Source of the DNA: a virus
Taxonomy: Duplodnaviria; Heunggongvirae; Uroviricota; Caudoviricetes
Strand: one strand, 5' to 3'
Virus record (IMG/VR): IMGVR_UViG_2778261176_000013
Coordinates: 1-12,423 of that record
DNA: 12,423 nucleotides
Within the stretch, counting starts at the first letter, position 1; each line of letters opens with the position of its first letter. The notes below the pieces were generated by a model. That model worked only from the letters and a program-made list of their open reading frames with translations, searched no databases and was not told where the DNA came from. Shown one piece after another: positions 6,343 to 12,423 of the stretch. A program made the position numbers and the translations under genes.

Positions 6343-6642
6343 ATGAACGTTAATCAGCAGAAAAATCTTCAAAAAATCATGCTGGCATTCGACAAGGACT
6401 ACCGCCTGTCAGAACAGCTATATGACCGACAAGTTGAACTGATCGAGAGCATCCGGCTTCATCAACTAGCCTCAACTTTCGACGCTGTAACAGGTAAAGG
6501 CGTTCGCCAGGAAGTACTGGAGGCCGCTAAAGACAGTCCAGAGTTCGAAGAACTGATGGATTCCTACCGGCGCGAGGCAATGGCAATTATCGCCCGCTGG
6601 GATCTGGCGGATCAGCTTGATGGACAGAGGGACGCGGCATGA
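6343..6642 (+). CDS. Hypothetical protein (99 aa) in the Gam/RacC position upstream of the exonuclease
   Basis: ATG at 6343 preceded by GGGAGGG. Stop overlaps the exonuclease start (ATGA). No family recognised. Confidence 0.6.
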   Translation: MNVNQQKNLQKIMLAFDKDYRLSEQLYDRQVELIESIRLHQLASTFDAVTGKGVRQEVLEAAKDSPEFEELMDSYRREAMAIIARWDLADQLDGQRDAA

Positions 6643-7538
6643 TGCGGAACGCTGGAATCATGGATAGAACAAAATACATCGGAGGAAGCGATGTTGCAGG
6701 GATTCTTGGAATTAGCCCATGGCGCACCCCGCTTGAGGTTTATCTGGATAAGGTCCAGCCACGTGTCAAACCAGTAGACCCAAGCAAGCAGAAAGTTTTC
6801 ACGCGTGGCCAGCGTATGGAGCCATACGTAATAGACCTGCTTTCTGAGGAAACAGGGATGGAAATCGTTCATCGCGGAAACCGCTATATCCACCGTGATT
6901 ACGATTTTATTGCAGCTGAGATCGATGCAGAAGCAGCGTCAGGCGAGAACATTGAGATCAAAACAGTTAGTCCGTTCAAAGCCAAAGAATGGGGAGAAAT
7001 CCAGACAGATGCAATTCCTGTGCATTACACGGCCCAGGCCATGCACGGGTTGATGGTTACAAACAAACAGGTATGCGTTTTCGGTGTGCTTATCGGTGGC
7101 GACGACTTCCGAATCTATCGGGTTGAGCGTGATGAAGAAACTATCCAGGCGATCTTAGAAAAAGAAATCGCTTTCTGGGACCGAGTGAAAAATCTTAACC
7201 CGCCGGAAGCTACCAGCGTAAGCGATGTATCGCTGATGTTTGAGAAAGATGCCGGGACAAGTATCGAGGCTGACGGAAAGGCACTCTCACTATTCAACGA
7301 TCTACGAGACATGAAGTCACGCAGAAAATTACTGGAAGAAGAAATAGCTATATCAGAAGAGAAGCTGAAGATGTACATGCAAGAGCACTCAGTCCTGACC
7401 CTAGACGGAAAGCCGCTCTGCACATGGAAATCTCAGATCAGCAACAGATTCGACCAGAAGCTATTCCAGTCAGTACACCCTGAGTTATTCGAAAAATTCA
7501 AAACAACAACGACACAACGCGTCTTCAGAATGAAGTAA
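6639..7538 (+). CDS. YqaJ-type phage exonuclease (RecE/Red-alpha functional analogue)
   Basis: N-terminal KYIGGSDVAGILGISPWRTPLEVY is the hallmark of YqaJ-like viral recombinase exonucleases. Immediately upstream of recT. Confidence 0.85.
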   Translation: MMRNAGIMDRTKYIGGSDVAGILGISPWRTPLEVYLDKVQPRVKPVDPSKQKVFTRGQRMEPYVIDLLSEETGMEIVHRGNRYIHRDYDFIAAEIDAEAASGENIEIKTVSPFKAKEWGEIQTDAIPVHYTAQAMHGLMVTNKQVCVFGVLIGGDDFRIYRVERDEETIQAILEKEIAFWDRVKNLNPPEATSVSDVSLMFEKDAGTSIEADGKALSLFNDLRDMKSRRKLLEEEIAISEEKLKMYMQEHSVLTLDGKPLCTWKSQISNRFDQKLFQSVHPELFEKFKTTTTQRVFRMK

Positions 7539-7547
7539 GGAGAAAAA

Positions 7548-8570
7548 ATGTCTATCAATGCACTTAAGGCAGCAGCTACCGGTAACCAAGTTGCACATCA
7601 TAATGAGAAACCAACAACTCTGGCCGGACTTCTGGCAGACCCAAAAATTAAAGCTCAGATGGCTTTGGCACTTCCAAAGCACATGACAGCAGACCGTCTG
7701 GCGCGCATAGCAACCACAGAGATCCGAAAGGTTCCAAAACTTGCATCATGCGACCAAGCCAGCTTCCTGGGGGCAATTATGCAATGTGCCCAATTGGGTC
7801 TTGAACCAGGCGGAGCTCTTGGACACGCTTACCTGATACCGTTCGACAAACGCCAGAAAGTAAATGGAAGATGGGAAACCGTATCTACAGAAGCACAGCT
7901 GATTATCGGCTATCGCGGAATGATTGACCTTGCCCGCCGCTCTGGGCAGATCCTGAGTATCTCAGCTCGTACCGTACATACAAACGACAAATTCAGCTAC
8001 TCATACGGCATGGAAGAAACGCTCGAGCATTTACCTTGCGAAACAGGTGACCGCGGAGAATTAACACACGTTTACGCCGTTGCACGACTGAAAGATGGCG
8101 GAGTCCAATTTGAAGTTATGAGCCGGGCAGCCGTTGAGAAAGTTCGTGCACTGAGCAAAGCCGGTAGCAGTGGCCCATGGGTTGATCACTTCGATGAGAT
8201 GGCTAAAAAAACAGTAATTCGCCGACTGTTCAAATATCTTCCTGTTTCTATTGAAATGCAGAAGGCTGTTGTTATGGATGAGCGCGCTGAAGCTGGACTT
8301 AGCCAAGATAACGCAGCTGTTATCACTGGTGAATATTCCGTAGTTGACGATGAGCGTCAACACCTATCGCCAATTTCAGATTCAGAACGAGAAGAAGCTC
8401 GAGAATATATCATCGCGATACTTAATAGCCTGGATCCATCTGCTGAAGATGCAAAAACGATGTTCAAGCGCGCTGAAAATGAAATTAACACCATGGCTGA
8501 AAAGCTCGGTGATGAATATCACCAAAAATTCATGATGACGCTTAACGATATGCGTCCAGAATTCGAGTAA
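7548..8570 (+). CDS. recT: RecT single-strand annealing recombinase
   Basis: AAGGAG SD. Long stretches match Rac RecT as I recall it: LPKHMTADRLARIATTEIRKVPKL, QLIIGYRGMIDLARRSGQI, THVYAVARLKDGG.QFEVM, EMAKKT.IRRLFKYLPVSIE. Confidence 0.92.
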   Translation: MSINALKAAATGNQVAHHNEKPTTLAGLLADPKIKAQMALALPKHMTADRLARIATTEIRKVPKLASCDQASFLGAIMQCAQLGLEPGGALGHAYLIPFDKRQKVNGRWETVSTEAQLIIGYRGMIDLARRSGQILSISARTVHTNDKFSYSYGMEETLEHLPCETGDRGELTHVYAVARLKDGGVQFEVMSRAAVEKVRALSKAGSSGPWVDHFDEMAKKTVIRRLFKYLPVSIEMQKAVVMDERAEAGLSQDNAAVITGEYSVVDDERQHLSPISDSEREEAREYIIAILNSLDPSAEDAKTMFKRAENEINTMAEKLGDEYHQKFMMTLNDMRPEFE

Positions 8571-8619
8571 CCACCACCGCGGCGCCACGTGCGCCTCACT
8601 GCAACCAAGAGAGGTATTC

Positions 8620-8868
8620 ATGAAAGGTGCATTAGGTAAGAAAGAACTCCTGGCGGTGGTGCCACTGTCATGGAGCACTATCGACCGTATGGAGCGCGCA
8701 GGGGAATTTCCTAAACGCTGGTATATCACCGATAAACGCTGCGCATGGAACCGTGACGAAGTTGAGCGTTGGCTTGATGAACGTCAGGCAGCAAGCCCGG
8801 CAGAGTTCCAGGGTAAAAAGCCTCCTGTTCAGCAACGTGTATATCGTCCTGTGAGCAACGCTGCATGA
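8620..8868 (+). CDS. AlpA/Xis-family small DNA-binding protein (excisionase-like regulator)
   Basis: AGAGAGG SD. Motif SWSTIDRMERAGEFPKRWYITDKRCAWNRDEVERWL resembles AlpA/excisionase winged-helix proteins. Confidence 0.7.
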   Translation: MKGALGKKELLAVVPLSWSTIDRMERAGEFPKRWYITDKRCAWNRDEVERWLDERQAASPAEFQGKKPPVQQRVYRPVSNAA

Positions 8869-8977
8869 GTGCGCTGCTAAGGCACTGGAGCAAATGGTCA
8901 GGATGGTACTTATTCCTGGCCTCTGTTTCAGCATGGCTTTATCTGCTGGCATTAATTTTCAGAGAGGGTTGGATTAA

Positions 8978-9277
8978 GTGAGAAAGTTAAGCCGACTTGA
9001 AAAATATCACATGAACAAGGTTTCAATGCGCAGTCCGTCAAAGATTGTCGCCGTTACTCCTGCGGCGATAGAGATCGAAAAACGCGCGATTGAAAGAGAG
9101 AAAAAAGGGCAGTTCCGCATTGCCGCTCACCTTTGGCTTCAGTGTATGGATGTTGCTTCTGGTGATGTTGAGCGTGCAAGGATCGCGGTTCGCAGGGACC
9201 AATGTATCACAAAAGGTAACGGCCTTCGCCGTGGCGACTATAGCGGCATAGGATGTTGTGGGGTGGTTTATGACTAA
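8978..9277 (+). CDS. PerC-like putative transcriptional regulator (99 aa; start uncertain)
   Basis: GTG at 8978 preceded by AGAGAGGG; internal ATGs at 9011 and 9026 are alternatives. RIAAHLWLQCMDVASGDVERARIAVRRDQC resembles the PerC-family pattern. Overlaps the methyltransferase start. Confidence 0.45.
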   Translation: MRKLSRLEKYHMNKVSMRSPSKIVAVTPAAIEIEKRAIEREKKGQFRIAAHLWLQCMDVASGDVERARIAVRRDQCITKGNGLRRGDYSGIGCCGVVYD

Positions 9278-9920
9278 GAAATACACACTAATCTATGCAG
9301 ATCCACCCTGGGTATACCGGGACAAAGCCGCAGATGGTAATCGCGGTGCCGGTTTTAAATATCCGGTTATGAGTGTGCTGGACATCTGCCGCCTTCCTGT
9401 GTGGGATTTGGCCGATGAAAACTGTCTGTTGGCCATGTGGTGGGTGCCAACACAACCACTCGAAGCACTAAAAGTTATTGAAGCCTGGGGATTCCGTCTG
9501 ATGACCATGAAGGGATTCACGTGGATAAAATGTGGTAGTCGACAACCAGATAAACTGGTTATGGGTATGGGTCACATGACTCGCGCCAATAGTGAAGATT
9601 GCCTGTTTGCGGTAAAGGGAAAACTACCTCCGCGCATTAATGCAGGGATCGTTCAGTCATTTACCGCACCGCGACTTGAGCATTCAAGAAAACCAGATGT
9701 CGTTCGTGAAAAACTTGTGCAATTGTTAGGCGATGTTTCTCGCATTGAACTGTTCGCCCGCCAGTCGTCTCATGGCTTCGATGTTTGGGGTAATCAGTGC
9801 GAAGACCCGGCAGTGCAACTACACCCTGGATACGCGTTGGATATTGGCGGATTAACAAATGCATTCAGCAATTCTCCGCTGTCACCAACAGACAACCAGG
9901 GGCGGGAGCGTGCAGCATGA
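9270..9920 (+). CDS. MT-A70-family DNA N6-adenine methyltransferase (orphan, no adjacent restriction enzyme)
   Basis: N-terminal YTLIYADPPWVY carries the DPPW catalytic motif. ATG at 9270 (GTG at 9258 is an alternative). Stop overlaps the start of the next ORF (ATGA). Confidence 0.8.
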   Translation: MTKKYTLIYADPPWVYRDKAADGNRGAGFKYPVMSVLDICRLPVWDLADENCLLAMWWVPTQPLEALKVIEAWGFRLMTMKGFTWIKCGSRQPDKLVMGMGHMTRANSEDCLFAVKGKLPPRINAGIVQSFTAPRLEHSRKPDVVREKLVQLLGDVSRIELFARQSSHGFDVWGNQCEDPAVQLHPGYALDIGGLTNAFSNSPLSPTDNQGRERAA

Positions 9921-10165
9921 AGCAGATTATGGTTGCACACAACGGCGTCAGGTTTGAAGTCGTCATGGTTTTGACTAAGTTCCACAATGATGAGGTATTG
10001 CACAGAAAAGAAACTGTAACTTACCGTTATAAACACCGCAGTTCAGCTGTTAGAAAATTACGGAAGATTGCGGAAGAACTAAAAAATGATCCTCATCGTG
10101 TTATTGAGGTAAAAGGCAACCCATATAAAATCAAAACTTCAGTGGAGCTAAGACATATGCAATAA
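9917..10165 (+). CDS. Hypothetical basic protein (82 aa), coupled to the methyltransferase
   Basis: ATG at 9917 overlaps the methyltransferase stop, with GGGAGCG upstream. Lys/Arg-rich. Followed by a 324-bp intergenic region with a terminator-like element. Confidence 0.5.
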   Translation: MKQIMVAHNGVRFEVVMVLTKFHNDEVLHRKETVTYRYKHRSSAVRKLRKIAEELKNDPHRVIEVKGNPYKIKTSVELRHMQ

Positions 10166-10296
10166 AATCACGCCTGACGAATCGCGATTATCTCGCTATT
10201 GGTATTGCAGAGATTGCTGGACTCAATGGCGCATGATTTGACAATGCCGCCAGAGCTATCGCATACTGACCGCACTAGAAAACAAACAGCGGTCAT

Positions 10297-10324
10297 CCGC
10301 ACCCGATAGCTTTGCGGCTTTTTT
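10297..10324 (+). terminator. Possible intrinsic terminator after the methyltransferase operon
   Basis: CCGCA ... TGCGG stem (5 bp) with an 11-nt loop, followed by C and a T6 tract. Confidence 0.35.
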
Positions 10325-10409
10325 ATGCCTGCAATCTGGCATAGTCACATCCGTACAAAGGTCGGGTGGAGAGGCGTAATACAACACCCGAAAGGGGAAT
10401 ATGCCCGGA

Positions 10410-10489
10410 GCTACTGTTTGTGCTCTAGTTGACACCCGATCACCAGTTACTAACTGGTTTTCGTAACTAAAAACAAACAGGAGGTCATC
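10410..10489 (+). promoter_or_regulatory. Antirepressor upstream region with TTGACA hexamer and a 15-bp perfect palindrome
   Basis: TTGACA at 10429-10434. Perfect palindrome CCAGTTA-C-TAACTGG at 10443-10457. No convincing -10 hexamer found by eye. Confidence 0.4.
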
Positions 10490-11140
10490 ATGACCAGTCA
10501 ACTCATCCCCGTATTCAACGGCACTATATCCAACGAAACCGCTCTTCTCGTTAATGCCCGTGATTTACACACTTTCCTCGATGTGGGTAAGCGATTTGCT
10601 TCGTGGATTGTCGAACGAATTGCTGAATATGGTTTCGTTGAAAATCAAGACTTTATGATTATTTCCCAAGTTCGGGAAAAAATAGGCAGAGGCCGTCCTG
10701 CAAAAGACTACCACCTCACCCTCGATACAGCCAAAGAGCTGGCGATGGTCGAGCGTAATGAAAAAGGTCGTCAGGTACGACGCTACTTCATTGAATGCGA
10801 GAAACGTTTAAGACAACAAGAAACAAAAGTGGAGAAGGTCTTGTCAGGCTTCATGCCCGCCATTATGGAGGCGATCAAGCTGGAAGACAAAAAAGAATAC
10901 AGTGCCCCACTGAAGCCCGGCTACCGCAGCCTGATTCACTCGCCGTCTGGTGTTCTCGGCCTGACGGAGAACTCACTGCTGATGAATCTGCTGAACCAGT
11001 TACAGGAAGACGGGCACGACGTATCGGGTGCGGCGGCGGAGCTGACCACCATGTTCTGCTACATCGTCGGTGTGAGCAAATGCCTGCGTGATATCCAGAC
11101 CCACGCGGAGTACATCAACGACAAGGCAGGGTTCTTCTGA
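10490..11140 (+). CDS. Phage antirepressor, AntA/AntB N-terminal domain type (216 aa)
   Basis: AGGAGG 7 nt upstream of ATG. N-terminal region (LIPVFNGT...ARDLHTFLDVGKRFASWIVERIAEYGFVENQDF...KDYHLTLDTAKELAMVERNEKGRQVRRYF) matches AntA/AntB antirepressor domains as I recall them. Confidence 0.75.
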   Translation: MTSQLIPVFNGTISNETALLVNARDLHTFLDVGKRFASWIVERIAEYGFVENQDFMIISQVREKIGRGRPAKDYHLTLDTAKELAMVERNEKGRQVRRYFIECEKRLRQQETKVEKVLSGFMPAIMEAIKLEDKKEYSAPLKPGYRSLIHSPSGVLGLTENSLLMNLLNQLQEDGHDVSGAAAELTTMFCYIVGVSKCLRDIQTHAEYINDKAGFF

Positions 11141-11172
11141 CGGGCGGCGGCACATGGATGTGTCGGGCAAAA

Positions 11173-12423
11173 TTATTCCCCCGCCATCCACTTCTCAAAC
11201 TTCGACGGGGAGAACGGAATCAGATCCGTATGCTCCCCGTCAATCCATGAATCAATCATATCGGCCCACTGCTGCAACATGTAGGCGCGCTGTCTGGCGT
11301 ATTCCGCTTTGTTGTATACGGCGCGCACACCTTTCTGCTCATGTGCCAGAGCCTTTTCAATCCAGTCTGAAGGATAACCAGCCTCATGCAACAACGTACT
11401 GGCTGTACGGCGCATATCATGTACAGTGAAGTCCTGAATATGCTCACCATCTTCATTTATTATTTTCACCGTTCTGTCGATCAGAGAGTTCAGCGCGGCA
11501 TTAGATAATGGCTTCCGGAAATTGTAACGACCAGGAACCAGATATTCACTTCCACCAGCGCACATCTGCAACCCGACCAATATATCCTGTGCCTGTTTAG
11601 GCAGGTAAATAACGTGCGCCCGGCTTCCCTTCATGCGGTCTGGAGGAATTGTCCATGTCCATTTTTTAAAATCTATTTCATCCCACGTTGCATTGGTGAA
11701 TTCGCCCTTACGAACCATAGTGATAAGCACCAGTTTTAAAGCCATTTTCATAGTGCCCATAGCACCAATGGCATCCAGCGTGCGGAAGAACAGGCCAATT
11801 TCTTCTGGTGTCAGTGTTCGCTCTCGTGGTTTAAATATGGCGATAGACGAAGGTTTAATGTCAGCCGCAGGATTAAACAAACCATGACCACGGTCATTGG
11901 CGTGACGGTATACGCTACTGATGATCTCCCTGGCCTGCACTGCTGTTGCCCGGCCACCGCGTTCGACAATCCGGTCACACAAATCACGAACCATCGATGT
12001 GGTAATTTCAGCCATCATTTTATTGCCAAGAACCGGAAGTATGTCACGGTCGATCACCGCCTGTTTCATTGCGCGGGTACTGTCAGCCAGGATGACGTGT
12101 TTCATATAACTGTCGGTATGTACCGCAAACGTCTCGGCACCACGAATCTTTTTGATACCGTCACGTTTAGCCGCAGCCGGTGACTGGCCTGCTTTAAGCA
12201 GCTTCTTTGCAGCAATCAGTTCTTCTCGCGCTTCTGCCAGGCTGATACCGTCACGCCCATACTGCCCGATTACCAGTGTTTCGCGGCGACCGTTGATACG
12301 GTAGTCATAGCGAAACGAGACCGTGCCTGACGTAAGCACAGCTACATACAGCCCGTCACGATCGGAGACCTTGTACAGTTTGTCCTGCGGCTTGAGGTTT
12401 TTTAATTTTGTATCGGTAAGCAC
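11173..12423 (-). CDS. Tyrosine integrase, P4-type (N-terminus truncated by window edge)
   Basis: N-terminal LTDTKLKNLKP...YKVSDRDGLYVAVLTSGTVSFRYDYRINGRRETL is typical of P4-like integrases. C-terminal catalytic region has HDMRRT and AHEQKGVRAVYNKAEY (conserved Tyr). The ORF runs to the last base of the window. Confidence 0.9.
   Translation of the reverse strand: MLTDTKLKNLKPQDKLYKVSDRDGLYVAVLTSGTVSFRYDYRINGRRETLVIGQYGRDGISLAEAREELIAAKKLLKAGQSPAAAKRDGIKKIRGAETFAVHTDSYMKHVILADSTRAMKQAVIDRDILPVLGNKMMAEITTSMVRDLCDRIVERGGRATAVQAREIISSVYRHANDRGHGLFNPAADIKPSSIAIFKPRERTLTPEEIGLFFRTLDAIGAMGTMKMALKLVLITMVRKGEFTNATWDEIDFKKWTWTIPPDRMKGSRAHVIYLPKQAQDILVGLQMCAGGSEYLVPGRYNFRKPLSNAALNSLIDRTVKIINEDGEHIQDFTVHDMRRTASTLLHEAGYPSDWIEKALAHEQKGVRAVYNKAEYARQRAYMLQQWADMIDSWIDGEHTDLIPFSPSKFEKWMAGE

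Larger units (their letters stand above)
1..12423. mobile_element. Lambdoid prophage early region (partial; extends beyond both window edges)
   Basis: Gene content and order match a lambdoid early region: divergent repressor/cro-like pair, O/P-like replication genes, exonuclease + RecT, AlpA/Xis-like, antirepressor, P4-type integrase. Genes are densely packed with overlapping stop/start codons. Confidence 0.85.

Noticed and set aside
8581-8595. GC-rich palindrome GGCGCCACGTGCGCC after recT, considered as a terminator
   Set aside because: No T tract follows it, and it is directly followed by the ribosome-binding site of the AlpA-like gene. It may be a minor RNA structure or a protein site, but there is not enough evidence to call it a terminator.
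7115-8729. Minus-strand ORFs 7115..7423, 7485..7682, 8061..8363, 8382..8729 and plus-strand 8344..8535
   Set aside because: They are antisense to, or out of frame within, the strongly supported exonuclease and recT genes.
8668-10501. ORFs 8668..8952 (-), 9038..9286 (-), 9293..9520 (-), 9661..9864 (-), 9794..10036 (-), 10256..10501 (-) and the long form 9797..10165 (+)
   Set aside because: They are antisense to or overlap better-supported plus-strand genes. For 9797..10165 the internal ATG at 9917 with a ribosome-binding site, coupled to the methyltransferase stop, is the more plausible start.
10795-11456. ORFs 10795..11091 (+), 11000..11191 (-), 11088..11429 (+), 11256..11456 (-), 11633..11887 (+), 11884..12183 (+), 11921..12109 (+)
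   Set aside because: They are alternative-frame or antisense ORFs within the antirepressor and integrase genes, with Arg/Ser/Thr-rich low-complexity products typical of spurious frames.
1-12423. Search for tRNA, rRNA or CRISPR arrays
   Set aside because: No cloverleaf-compatible 70-90 nt segments with the conserved GTTC and T-loop features, and no regularly spaced direct repeats, were seen. The only recurrent repeats are the operator and iteron-like palindromes described above.

Overview
This window reads as the early/immunity region of a lambdoid (lambda/Rac-type mosaic) enterobacterial prophage, inverted relative to the usual lambda map. The minus strand carries a cro-like gene, a small zinc-ribbon ORF in the cII position, O-like and P-like replication genes, then nin-type accessory genes (DUF1064-like PD-(D/E)xK protein, a coiled-coil protein, an ead/Ea22-like protein, a DUF551-like protein and two small hypotheticals). 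The plus strand carries a tandem-HTH CI-like repressor with no LexA-type peptidase domain, a PL-like promoter, an unlisted 50-aa ORF, a 99-aa ORF, a YqaJ-type exonuclease plus RecT, an AlpA/Xis-like gene, a PerC-like / MT-A70 methyltransferase / 82-aa operon and an AntA-type antirepressor. A P4-type tyrosine integrase, cut at its N-terminus by the window end, sits convergently at the right edge. No tRNA, rRNA or CRISPR array was seen. The strongest signals not explained by coding sequence are (i) a palindromic operator family ATTACC-N5-GGTAAT found 8 times in four regulatory regions, including a second PL-like promoter-operator cassette downstream of the P-like gene, and (ii) 19-bp palindromic iteron-like repeats inside the O-like gene at DNA level. 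No single complete novel system could be confirmed; the best candidates are the repressor/antirepressor circuit and the PerC-like/methyltransferase/82-aa operon. All homology statements come from remembered reference sequences and motifs, not from searches.
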